Shown here: positions 48,432 to 61,500 of the stretch, piece by piece
Numbering within the stretch: the stretch's first letter is position 1
Layout: the number at the start of each line of letters is the position of its first letter
Notes under the pieces: generated by a model
Database searches by the model: none
Seen by the model: only the letters and a program-made list of their open reading frames with translations
Told to the model about the DNA's origin: nothing
Assembly (NCBI GenBank): GCA_002269645.1
Contig: NIVC01002476.1
Coordinates: forward strand, 23,032-87,031
Length of the DNA stretch: 64,000 nt
Reading direction: 5' to 3'
DNA from: Macrostomum lignano
Taxonomy: Eukaryota
Translations under genes and position numbers: made by a program

Positions 48432-49663
48432 ATGGATCCACTATTTCAAGCTTTGAGCCTTTTTCGCCGAAGAAAATATGAAAAATGCATTGAAAAATGC
48501 ACAGAAATACTAGACAAGAATTCGTATGATGAGGTAATTAGTACAAATTGATCTTTTTCACTAAAAGTTTCTTCCAATTCCATTGAGGTAGTTCGTCAAT
48601 TCTGAGAAATGCACAATTTTTTTATTAACTGTGAGTATGATGCAAATTTTGCGTGTTGCTGTTTATTGATTAAAATGCATGCTTTAGTTATAATTTAAAA
48701 CCATATGATTTTTACACCATTGTAACAAAAATATTAAAAAGTGGCATCTAGAATTTATTGCTTTTTGTAGACAAATGATACAGAATATATACAAGTTAAT
48801 TTACTCTTTTAATTCAAAATTATTTGTATAAAACAGGATAAAGTATACACAAAATATTTTTATTAATTTAAGGTCTTAATATTGCATTATATCAGACTGC
48901 TATTTACCTTCTATTATAAAATTGGCAAAAAATGCAATTTTAATTTTGTCTAAATTGATAATAAAATAACCTCCATAATCTATTTTCTTTCTCATTCTTT
49001 TCTACAGAAAACCACTATAGTTTTAAACTTGTTAATAAAGATTCACATATACAATGACGTACACTTCCAGTAGTATAGAGCGCATTTTAAAAAAAGAGAA
49101 TTTCATTGCATAAATTTAAAACAGGCCGCTTGGCTTCTGAAGATGCAGGCCCTCACCGAGCAGGTCTACGTTGACGATATTGAAAATGACGAGGACGGCA
49201 TGGCCGAGGGCCTCCTGGACGACTCCGCCATCGCTTCTGTGGCCCGGCCGGGCACCTCACTGAGGGTTGCCACCGCTGGCGGCGGCTCTGGAGGCCTGCA
49301 GCAGGCGATGCGGCCGTCCACTCAGTCTGGCCGGCCCGTCACCGGCTTCGTCAGGCCCGGCACGCAGGGCTCCGGGGCCGGCTCGCTGGAACAGGTCTGC
49401 CTGTGTCTGCCTGTGTGTCTGCCTGTGTGTCTGCCTGTGTGTCTGCCTGTGTGTCTGCCTTTGTGTCTGCCCGTGTGTCTGCCTGTGTGTCTGCCTGTGT
49501 GTCTGCCTTTGTGTCTGCCTTTGTGTCTGCCTGTGTGTCTGCCTGTGTGTCTGCCTGTGTGTCTACCTGTGTGTCTGCCTGTGTGTCTGCCTGTCTGTCT
49601 GTCTGCCTGTCTGTTTTAGTGTCTGTCTGTCTGTCTGTCTGTCTGTCTGCCTGTCTGTCTTAG

Positions 49664-49700
<37 letters not shown>

Positions 49701-52700
49701 GCCTGTCTGCCTGTCTGCCTGTCTGACTGACTGTCTGTCTTAGTGTCTGTCTGTCTGTCTGTCTTAGTGTCTGTCTTAGTGTCTGTCTGTCTGTGTGTCT
49801 GTCTGTCTGTCTGTCTGTCTGTCTGCCTGTCTGCCTGTCTGCCTGTCTGTGTTATTAGCCTGTCCATAAGCCTGTGCCCGCACTTCACTCATGAATACCC
49901 TAACCCTTCCCCATCAAACCCTCTCTCAGGCTCTGAAGACGCCTCGAACCGCGTCGAACGCTCGCCCAGTGACGTCATCATCTGGCCGGCTGGTCCGTCT
50001 TGGCACAGCCTCCATGCTGAGCAGCCCGGATGGACCCTTCATCAATTTGAGCCGATTGAACTTTTCCAAATACGCCCCAAAACCGCAGATGAGTCGGGCG
50101 CTATTCGAGTACATTTTATATCACGAGAACGACGTTAGAACGGCTCTTCAACTTGCTGCCATGGCGACAGAGGCGCACCAGTTCCAGGACTGGTGGTGGA
50201 AGCTGCAGCTGGCCAGGTGCTACTACAAGCTGGGCCTGTTCAGAGACTGCGAGCAGCAGCTGCGATCTGCCATGAAGCAGCAGGAGTGCCTGGAAAGCTA
50301 TTTGTTGCTAGGCAAAGTGTACACCAAGCTCGACCAGCCGCTTGCGGCCATAGACAACTACAATCAGGGCCTCACTAAGTTTCCCAACGACCGCTGTCTG
50401 CTTACTGGATTGGCTCGGATTCAGGAGGTTGGAGACTCTTCGAGTGGCTTGGGGATTGGGGTTGGATTAAGGTTTAGGGTTGGATTAAGAATTAGGGTTA
50501 GATTAAGGATTAGGTTAAACTAAGGATTACAGGGCTAGATGAAGGATTAGGGCTAGATTGGAGATTAAAGTTAGATTTAGTATTAGAGTTAGAGGTTGGA
50601 ATATGGCAGAGGGCGGATTGGGGGAGCGGCCAGATCGGGGCAGAGGGCGGATTGGGGGAGCGGCCAGATCGGGGTAGAGGCCAGATCGGGGCAGAGGGGC
50701 GGATCGGGGCAGAGGGGCGGATCGGGGCAGAGGGGCGGATCGGGGCAGAGGGGCGGATCGGGGCAGAGGGGCGGATCGGGGCAGAGGGGCGGATCGGGGC
50801 AGAGGGGCGGATCGGGGCAGAGGGGCGGATCGGGGCAGAGGGGCGGATCGGGGCAGAGGGGCGGATCGGGGCAGAGGGGCGGATCGGGCAGAGGGGCGGA
50901 TCGGGCAGAGGGGCGGATCGGGGCAGAGGGGCGGATCAGATGACGTGTTTCGCACCGCCTCTCCCCCACAGGGCCTGGGCAACCTGGAGAAAGCTGCCGA
51001 GTGCTACAAAGATGTTCTTCGCTACGACGCCATGAATGTGGAAGCGTTGGCGTCCATAGCAACCCAATATTTCTATAACGACCAACCTGAGCTGGCTCTG
51101 AAACTCTACAGGTGAGGGGAGAAGAGCAGAAAAGAGCAATTCCTCCGACTCTCATCACCGCAGGCTGTGGTAGAGAGACTGGTAATTTTCCTCAGAGATT
51201 CGTCTTCCTGCCCGACATCCCCATGCAGTTCGGCCGGCCCTAGAAACCCCTCAGGCCTCCAAAAGAATTATTTTTTACAGTCTCGAGTTTCAAATCCGAG
51301 AAGGCTTGCTTCCTGAAATTAATATTCTTTCCCGTCGAAGAGAGATGCAGAAGCGGTTTCAATTGCTATTCGATTCTGAAGGTGCCGTTAGGTCTGCATG
51401 CTGACGTCTTCGAAAACTACCAGCTTCACTTCTTGACTGACTGGCAGCAAGTGACAGATGTCAGACAAATTTTGGCAAACCTTTTGTATTGCGTGCCAGC
51501 GAAACCTCTAATTCGTTCTAGGATGGGTCATCAATGACCCTAGGTCATCAATGACCCTAGGTAATCAATGACCCTAGATAATCAGTGACCCTAGGTAATC
51601 AATGACCCTAGGTCATCAATGACCCTAGGTAATCAATGACCCTAGATAATCAGTGACCCTAGGTAATCAGTGACCCTAGGTAATCAGTGACCCTAGATAA
51701 TCAGTGACCCTAGGTAATCAATGACCCTAGGTAATCAATGACCCTAGGTAATCAATGACCCTAGGTAATCAATGACCCTGGGTAATCAGTGACCCTAGGT
51801 AATCAATGACCCTAAGTCATCAATTACCCTAATTCATCAATGATCCTAATTAATAAATGACCCTAACTCATCAATGACCCTAGTTCATCATGAATTTCTC
51901 ATGACCCTAAATCGTTAAAAACCCTACGTCATCAATGACCCTAAGTCTTCATGACCCTAACTCATCAGTGACCCTAAGTCTTCATGACCCTAACTCATTA
52001 ATGACCCTAAATCATTAATGACCCTAAATCGTTAATGACCCTAGGTCATCAATGACCCTGGCCTAAGTCTCCAATGACTCATTTCTAATGACCCATTATT
52101 TCATGAGCCATGCTTAAAAAAATACTATTTCCAGACGGCTGCTTCAGCTGGGCCTCGCCTCTGCCGAGCTCTACACCAACTTGGCCCTGTGCTGCTTCTA
52201 CGCTCAGCAGTACGACATGTGCCTGACCTGCTTTGACCGCGCCATCACCGTGGCTAAGAAGGAGGAGCTGGCTGATGTGTGGTACAACCTGGGTCACGTG
52301 GCATTGGTGAGACAGTCTGGGAGTTCAAAGCTGCTTAAATTAAATAGTGTATATGATTCAGGGCAAAGGTAGAAAACAGTGAGTATTGAGTAGATCACAG
52401 TGAGTAGAGAGTAGATTAAAGTGAGTAGAGAGTAGGTTTCAGTGAGTAGAGAGTAGGTTACAGTGAGTAGAGAGTAGATAACAGTGAGTAGAGAGTAGAT
52501 TACAGTGAATAGAGTAGATTACAGTGAATAGAGTAGATTACAGTGAGTAGAGAGTAGATTACAGTGAATAGAGTAGATTACAGTGAGTACAGAGTATAAT
52601 ACAGTGAGTAGAGAGTAGATTACAGTTAATAGAGTAGATTACAGTGAGCAGAGAGTAGATTACAGTGAGTAGAGAGTAGATTACAGTGAGTAGAGAGCAG

Positions 52701-54390
52701 ATTACAGTGAGTAGAGAGTAGATTACAGTGAATACAGTACGAGTAGATTACAGTGAGTAGAGAGAAGGCTATAACTTACAGAAGAAAGTGTAGAGGTGAG
52801 ACAAAACTTCGCCCTTCAAATGTACCCCTAGCCCCACCTTTTCAAGGTGAGACGCAGATTTCCTTTCAAAGCAGCGTGACCTAGCCGCTAGCTGTGCTGC
52901 TTAACCTGAAAATTCACTCAGAAGAACAGCTGCTTAATTCTTGTTATCCAAAGATAACCCAAGGAAAAATAAACTTGGGATGTTATGTACTTTTACAGTT
53001 ACTTGCTTGCTTGTATGACATATTCCCAGATAGAAAGAGTAGGATATGATTGGTGAAATCTGAGAGAGTTTGAGATCAAAATTGACGAGACAGAAAGGGT
53101 TTTAGATGAAGGGATGGGCATGAAGAGATGGACAGGAAGGAACGTGAGATGAAGGGATGGACAGGAAAGGATGCGAGATGAAGGGATGAACAGGAAAGGA
53201 TGCGAGATGAAGGGATAAACATGAAGTGATAAGCATGAAGGGATAAACATGAAGTGATAAACATGAAGGGATAAACATAAAGGGATAAACATGAAGGGAT
53301 GCACATGAAAGGATGGACAGAAAGGGATGTGAGATGAAGGGATGGAAAGGAAATGATGTGAGATAAGGAGATAGACTGGAAGGGATATGAGATAAAGGGG
53401 TGTGAGATGAAGGGGTGCGAGATAAAGGGATGGACAAGAAGGGGTGTGAGATGAAGGGGTGTGAGATGAAGAGGTGTGAGATAAAGGGATGGACAAGAAG
53501 GGGTGTGAGATGAAGGGGTGTGAGATAAAGGGATGGAAAAGAAGGGGTGTGAGATGAAGGGGTGTGAGATGAAGGGGTGTGAGATGAAGGGGTGTGAGAT
53601 AAAGGGATGAATAAGAAGGGATGTGAAATGAAGGGGTGTGAGATGAAGGGGTGTGAGATGAAGGGGTGTGAGATGAAGGGGTGTGAGATGAAGGGGTGTG
53701 AGATAAAGGGATGGACAAGAAGGGATGTGAGATGAAGGGGTGTGAGATGAAGGGGTGTGAGACAAAGGGATGGACAAGAAGGGATGTGAGATGAAGGGGT
53801 GTGAGATGAAGGGGTGTGAGATGAAGGGGTGTGAGATGAAGGGGTGTGAGATGAAGGGGTGTGAGATGAAGGGGTGTGAGATAAAGGGATGAATAAGAAG
53901 GGATGTGAGATGAAGGGGTGTGAGATGAAGGGTTGTGAGATAAAGGGATGAATAAGAAGGGATGTGAGATCAAGCAAGGACAGAAAAGTACACAGTTACA
54001 CATGGAGACTTCCGCTCTGATTCAAGCCACTTTCCTGACGGCACCAATCCGACTGCCTTCCCGCAGGCGGTGGGAGACCTCAGCCTCTCCTACCAGGCGT
54101 TCCGCTTGGCCCTATCCTACAACAACGATCACGCGGAGGCCTACAACAACTTGGGAGTGCTGGAACTGCGCCGCAACAATCTGGAGATGGCGCGCTCGTT
54201 TTTTCAAGCCGCCAGCACCCTCAGCCCGTCGATGTTCGAGCCGCACTACAATGTGGCAATCATGGCTGAGCGCATGGGTGACCTTCAATCAGCCTACCAG
54301 TCGGTCAATCGGGCCCAGCAGTTTTTCCCCAACCATTCCGACTCCAAGGATATGCTGAATGCGCTTAAAGTACATTTCTCTGAGATTTAA
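48432..54390 (+). CDS. TTC8: Tetratricopeptide repeat protein 8 / BBS8 (BBSome subunit), 501 aa; exons 48432-48533, 49125-49394, 49930-50427, 50972-51111, 52135-52306, 54067-54390
   Basis: Signature segments RPGTSL, RLGTASML..DGPFINLSRLN, ALFEYILYHEND, DWWWK, CCFYAQQYD, DVWYNLGHVA, HAEAYNNLGVLE. GT-AG introns are phase-consistent (1506 nt). Confidence 0.95.
49395..49850. repeat. 12-bp (GTCTGCCTGTGT)n grading into (GTCT)n, TTC8 intron 2
   Basis: The first unit is the splice donor itself (CAG|GTCTGC). Confidence 0.93.
50605..50938. repeat. 18-bp GC-rich minisatellite (GGGGCAGAGGGGCGGATC)n, TTC8 intron 3
   Basis: Direct periodicity; preceded by degenerate TTAGGG-like sequence. Confidence 0.94.
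51530..52060. repeat. 17-bp minisatellite (TCAATGACCCTAGGTAA)n, TTC8 intron 4
   Basis: Direct periodicity. Confidence 0.93.
52390..52765. repeat. ~21-bp minisatellite (AGTGAGTAGAGAGTAGATTAC)n, TTC8 intron 5
   Basis: Direct periodicity. Confidence 0.9.
53100..53970. repeat. 15-bp minisatellite (GATGAAGGGGTGTGA)n, TTC8 intron 5
   Basis: Direct periodicity. Confidence 0.92.
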
Positions 54391-54628
54391 ACACAATTGA
54401 TGCTCGAGTAAGCATCATGGAGACAGACTTCAATATTGCACTGACGACATCTGCAATTTTACATTAAAATATCTGGTAAAAAATAAAATTCTAATAAAAT
54501 TGCACCTGTGATATAGGCTTTTTAAGTGGTATATTACTGCGAGAACAGTTAAAGCCAATCTCTGCTTTCACTGTTTTCACTTATTAAAGAATGGAAATTT
54601 CTTAATGTCTACTTAAAATTATTTTTGT

Positions 54629-55668
<1,040 letters not shown>

Positions 55669-56080
55669 AACTTTATTTGGATATGTTGTGTCCCCATTCG
55701 ATGAGCTTTGACAGTTAATTAACACAGTGGCAGCCCTACAACCTGTGGTTATACGACCTACAATTCTTGTCTCAGTGCTGCGTGATTAGGAGCCGTATTT
55801 GTCCCCGGGGCTGCAGCAGGGAGCGAGTTGTTTTTATTGGAGAGCTGCACAGATGAGAATTGAGGAGTATGTGGGAAGCTATCTATGTATTCATCTATCT
55901 CTTATCTAAGTAAGATAAGTAAGTCTCATTGAGTGACGTCAAGTGCTTTATTTCAAGGGTAAATGAACGAAGAAATTGAGAAGAAAACTCATAGTTATGC
56001 AACACTTTCCGCATATATTTAATGATATTTGCTCTCATAGTTGGCTTTTTCGAATTCAAGGGTGTCAATTGCTCTTGGAC

Positions 56081-56602
56081 TTAGTTCCGGTCGGAATCTC
56101 CTGCGCTCAAGCCGCGCTTCCAGAACGGAGCTCGCTTCCAGAACGGAGCCCGCTTCCAGAATGGGGCGCGCTTCCAGAACGGAGCCCGCTTCCAAAACGG
56201 AGCTCGCTTCCAGAACGGAGCCCGCTTCCAGAATGGGGCGCGCTTCCAGAACGGAGCCCGCTTCCAAAACGGAGCTCGCTTCCAGAACGGAGCCCGCTTC
56301 CAGAACGGAGCTCGCTTCCAGAACGGAGCGCGCTTCCAGAACGGAGCCCGCTTCCAGAACGGAGCCCGCTTCCAAAACGGAGCTCGCTTCCAGAACGGAG
56401 CCCGCTTATTTTCGCCATGCAGTCCAGCAGTCCACCGAGCGATGATTTTCTTTGTCACATCCTCATTCAGGATACTACCGGTACTGCGCATCTCCCGTGT
56501 CAGGTGCCTGCTGGTGCTTTCCAAAGCGGAGGAGGCGTCATCCACTGCAACAACCGCTAGAAGGACCGATGCGAACAACAATGTCAGCGACAACCTTGGC
56601 AT
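56081..56602 (-). CDS. Neuropeptide/peptide-hormone precursor, 173 aa: signal peptide + spacer + 16 x (APFW-KR) + short C-terminal peptide
   Basis: Hydrophobic N-terminus MPRLSLTLLFASVLLAVVAV; every APFW is flanked by KR; repeat units differ only at third codon positions. AATAAA lies 129 nt past the stop (55947-55952, minus strand); TTGCAG acceptor just 5' of the ATG; TATAAA at 56821-56826 (minus). Confidence 0.92.
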   Translation of the reverse strand: MPRLSLTLLFASVLLAVVAVDDASSALESTSRHLTREMRSTGSILNEDVTKKIIARWTAGLHGENKRAPFWKRAPFWKRAPFWKRAPFWKRAPFWKRAPFWKRAPFWKRAPFWKRAPFWKRAPFWKRAPFWKRAPFWKRAPFWKRAPFWKRAPFWKRAPFWKRGLSAGDSDRN

Positions 56603-56954
56603 TGTAGCGCAGGTTTCACTGCAACATAGATTGAAAAATTCAAACGTACCTGGTATATTACGAGCGTAAAAGTCTATACGATGACATCTGAACGTGAATG
56701 CATCAAAGACATGTTTACCTTAAAGGCTTTCGATACAGTCAATAATTCACAAAATATTTTGCCGCTAATCCGCCTTGTTGACTCAGAGTGGGGCGAGCGG
56801 AGCGACCGTGAATTACCGACTTTATAAGATGCTGGTGGATTGTCAGCCTTTGCCGATTTGCTGGAAGTCTGTGAGCTCTGGTTGGCTCGATGAATACGGA
56901 TCTTTTGAGGGCTCGTGTCTTCGTTGTCTGCTTCCTGTCTTCTGAAATTTTTTC

Positions 56955-57641
56955 TAGTGTCTGGCTTAGTGCACTAGTGACTTAGTGCACTTAGTGTCTT
57001 AGTGTCTGGCTTAGTGCACTAGTGACTTAGTGCACTTAGTGTCTTAGTGTCTGGCTTAGTGCACTAGTGACTTAGTGCACTTAGTGTCTTAGTGTCTGGC
57101 TTAGTGCACTAGTGACTTAGTGCACTTAGTGTCTTAGTGTCTGGCTTAGTGCACTAGTGACTTAGTGCACTTAGTGTCTTAATGTCTGGCTTAGTGCACT
57201 AGTGACTTAAGTGCACTTAGTGTCTTAGTGTCTGGCTTAGTGCACTAGTGACTTAGTGCACTTAGTGTCTTAGTGTCTGGCTTAGTGCACTAGTGACTTA
57301 GTGCACCTAGTGTCTTAGTGTCTGGCTTAGTGCACTAGTGACTTAGTGCACTTAGTGTCTTAGTGTCTGGCTTAGTGCACTAGTGACTTAGTGCACTTAG
57401 TGTCTTAGTGTCTGGCTTAGTGCACTAGTGACTTAGTGCACCTAGTGTCTTAGTGTCTGGCTTAGTGCACTAGTGACTTAAGTGCACTTAGTGTCTTAGT
57501 GTCTGGCTTAGTGCACTAGTGACTTAGTGCACCTAGTGTCTTAGTGTCTGGCTTAGTGCACTAGTGACTTAGTGCACTTAGTGTCTTAGTGTCTGGCTTA
57601 GTGCACTAGTGACTTAAGTGCACTTAGTGTCTTAGTGTCTG
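56955..57641. repeat. 45-bp palindrome-rich minisatellite (TTAGTGTCTGGCTTAGTGCACTAGTGACTTAGTGCACTTAGTGTC)n, about 15 copies
   Basis: Direct periodicity; two AGTGCACT palindromes and one CACTAGTG per unit. Confidence 0.95.
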
Positions 57642-58323
57642 CGTACAATATTAAAACTAGTGCGGGATACGCCAAAGGCTGCTTCAACTGATCTAGCCCG
57701 TCCAACCAAGGCTCTTTGATGGCACCAGAAGGCGATGCTCACTAGTTGAGTCCAGCATCTTTACAAAATCTCACTAAAAATCAAAATAACAGGCAACTAC
57801 AGCCATGGTGCAGCTTCATTCAGTAGACAAGCAGCGAATTACATGTAGCATCAAGCGGCGAATCGAATTGTCTCTCACAGTGGGTGGAGCAGTGGGCAAT
57901 TTTTGTTCATTTACTCTCGTTTGGTCTGCTACTGGACTTCACCGGATCTTTACAAGATGTCGGCCGAGTCTGCAGCACAAGATTTCAAGGTGACACCGAC
58001 GATCCAGTTGAAATCAAAGACGCATTCGTTCCTGAGTTCATCTGCGAGGAGTTTGATTTGCCGACTACCGACGACCCTGATGTACAACGACTTCTCTTGG
58101 AGTTCAAAGACTTCAGTAGAGAAAAAGCCGGGCTAACTCGATCAGCCAGGACAGTGAGAGCTTTTGGCTATGGTTTAGATGTGGAGGTCCTGCAGTTAAA
58201 CCTGTGGTCCAGGCTTTGCGAGTGAGGTCCAGGCATTGGACTTGCTTGCTTCTCCATGAAAATTTCCTTTCCATAGAGGGTACGAGGGGCTTCGTGGTCC
58301 AGAGTAGTCTAGTTTGTTGGTAG

Positions 58324-58500
58324 TGTAGTGAAACTACAAGAAAACTTAAGAGTTGAATGGAAATATATTTTATGAGTTTAACGATGTAAGGATTGGGGCG
58401 AGAAACTTAGCTGCGAGAAAGAACTGTAAAAGGAAATTAGTCTATGGCAAATTATAACAACTGAGTCGCAAATAAAAAGTACAACAAAATACCCATACGA
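58324..58500 (-). repeat. 3' LTR of the Gypsy element
   Basis: About 177-bp direct repeat of 62696-62871 with roughly a dozen differences by eye. Confidence 0.9.
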
Positions 58501-61500
58501 CTCCCCCCTCCAATTGCGGAGCTCGGAGAAAACAGACTGTAACCGAAGTCTTAAATGGTTGAATAGCTTATATGATCAAAACGAAGCGGGTAGGACAGTT
58601 GAAATAAATTCTACATGAGAAATCGAACATTAAAAAAAGAGAGAATATTGAGAAAAACTGTCAGAAGACGTTATACGTTACAAAGGTTAATAATAAATGT
58701 AATCATTTTGGCGAAAAATAACAAAGAACTTGTCGGTTCGCTGTTTCACGCGATACGGCCCTGAGTACGGCCCTCGAGCGGCGACCGCACACGATCGACC
58801 CGAACCCAGACGAATTCAGCCATTTTCAGGTCCTTGGGTACGTAGCTCCGTGGTTCGTGCGTCGTCGCATGTGGACTCGGTAGCTATGTCAGCAGTTCCT
58901 GCAGCCGCGTCCGAATATCCGTTGGGGCGAGTGGTTCGGAAGTCAGAACGCGCGGAACCATCGGAAGCTCGCCGGTAACTCTGGTGAACGGTGATACTCC
59001 TTGATCGTCAGGTGCAACGTGCATCGCGAGAAGAGCCACAGGTAGGTCTGTCAGCCAATCATTGCCTCGAGGACGTAGCATCGTCTTCAGGGTGCGATGG
59101 GCTCGCTTGAACTTGCCATTGGTTTGAGGGTGGTACGTCGTTGTGCGTAATCGATGAAAACCAATTGATGACGAGACCGAGTGAAAGAATTCTGATTCGA
59201 ACTGGCGCCCGCGATCAGTGATTACATACAGTGGCACTCCGTAGCGCGAGACCCAGGACGAGACGAATGCATGGGCGACTACTTCCGCGGTTATTGATTC
59301 CAGTGGTGTAGCTTCTAGCCAGCCAGTCGAGCGGTCGACCATCGTGAGAAGGTAGCGGGCAGACTGGTGGCCGAAGTGGTGGCATTAGCTGGTGGGAGTG
59401 GTCCTACAATATCGATGTGTACCACCTCAAAGCGATTTGATGGTAGTGCAAAGGCCTGTTGCGGGGAGACAGTGTGACGAGTTACTTTACTCCGTTGGCA
59501 GTCCTGGCAGTTCCAGCAGTAGGTCTTGATGGACTTGCACATTCCGGGCCAAAAGTAACGTTCTGTGATCAGTTTTGCTGTTTTACGGTAGCCGAAATGA
59601 CCAAGTCGATGGAAGGAAGCAATCACGGCGTCGCGGAGAGACGGCGGAATGATCGGGCGAGGATACAGCGTTGACGTCTCACACCAAACGACGACGTCTT
59701 TGTCCAGAGAATACAATCGAATATTTCGTGCCGGTGAGAACGACTCCGGTCGTTGTCCTTCAGCGATACTGGGCAGATCAACAGGGAATTGGCTTGATGG
59801 GGCAGCGACTACAGCGTCTGTTGCGATGTTGGACACGTGATTATTCACTGGGAAGTCAGGCAGTCGAGAAAGGGCATCTGCTATTACGTTGTCTGCACCG
59901 CGAATGTACTGGAAATCTGCCACGTACTCGGAAAAAAACGGTCAAGTAGTCCTGATTGCGATCTGACGTAGTGGTGCGATTGGCGTGGAAGGCCTGAGCT
60001 AGTGGTTTATGATCGGTGAACAAGGTCACGATCCGTCCTTCAATGAGGCTGCGGAAGTGCAACACTGCCAGGTACGCTCGTACGCCGCGAGTAGTTCTCG
60101 GTCGAACGTGATGTACGTCCTTTGGGATGACGACAACTTCTTGCTGAACATGCCGAGAGGTGACGTTCCGGTTGAAGAGGTTTGATGAAGAACGGCACCA
60201 ACACAGTCGGCTGAGGCATCAGTGTACAGGTATCTCCCCGCAGTACAGTTTGGGTCCGGATGATGCAGAAATAGTCTCTCTGAGAGAACTTGTTTGATGT
60301 TTTCGAAAGATTTCTGATGCTGCTCTGTCCATTGTAAGTTTCCTGCTGACTGTAGTCTTGCAGCGGATAGATGCAGTCAGCGAAATTTGGAACGAATCGG
60401 TGGTAGAACCCGACGACGCCGAGGAAGCGCCGAAGTGCGTTCGAATCCGTGGGTGTCGGTCAGTCAGTGATTATTTGGATCTTCTTCTGGAGAGGTCTTA
60501 TTCCTTCAGGAGTCACGCGGTGGCCAAGTAAATCTACCTCGGACTGAAAGAATTCACATTTCTTCAAGTGAACCTGCAGTCCGTGTGTTCTTAGGCGGTC
60601 TAAAACTTGTTCTAAATGCGAGTAGTGGTCCTCTCGAGTCTTCGAGAATGTCAGGACATCAACGATGTAAGAGATAACGAATGACAGTCCGTGAAAAACA
60701 GAGTCGATGAAATGTTTAAATGTTTGTGCTGCATTCCTCAGGCCGAAGGGCATGCATGTGTACTCGAACAATCTAAACGATGTGGTGATAGCGGTTTTTC
60801 AGATATCCTCTTCTGCGATTAGAATTTGATGAAAGGCGCGAACAAGGTCTAACTTTGAAAACACAGTGCTTCCGTGTAGGTACCGAGTGAAGGTTTGAAT
60901 ATGTGGAACCGGATAGTTGTCCGGCTTTGTTGGTTTGTTCAGTTCACGATAGTCACCGCACGGACGCCAGCCAGCTCCCTTGGTGCCATGTGGAGGGGTG
61001 ACGCCCAAGCGCTTGAGGATGGTCTGAGGTAGCCGGCATCGATTAGCTGCTGAAACTCCTGCTTTACAGCCTGCAGTTTTGCAGGGTGCAGTTGCCGGGG
61101 TCGCAAGTGAACCGGTTGTCCACTACCAGTGTCTAGCCGGTGAACAGTGTCGTGCTTGACCTCTGAAGCTGGCGGAAGGGCTCCGCCTTCAACGAAAGAA
61201 AAACAATCTGCAAACTTTGTAAACAGCGTACTCGTCCGAGAATCCAGGTTGAGTGGCAGTTCTACCGACACAGTGAATGGGCCAGAATGAACATTTGAAA
61301 TTGACAAGGTAACAGTGGACAGTCCTGTTTCTGAGTCTCGAACGTGTTTGCGCTGGCAATCGACAACTGGCAAATCGACAATCTGGCAATCGACAACTAA
61401 CCCATGGTGAGCCAAGAAGTCGTAACCAATGATGGGTTTTACCACTGAGGCGACGAGAAAGGTCCACTGGAAGCGCGTCGCAAACGGTGGATTGAGACAT

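Noticed and set aside
50440-50600. Interstitial telomere (TTAGGG-like)
   Set aside because: Highly degenerate, few exact units, and inside TTC8 intron 3.
56619-56649. 31-nt 5'UTR intron in the prohormone gene
   Set aside because: Much shorter than the 85-111-nt mode here. An alternative donor giving a 100-nt intron (56619-56718), or trans-splicing at the same acceptor, fits as well; not resolvable without transcripts.
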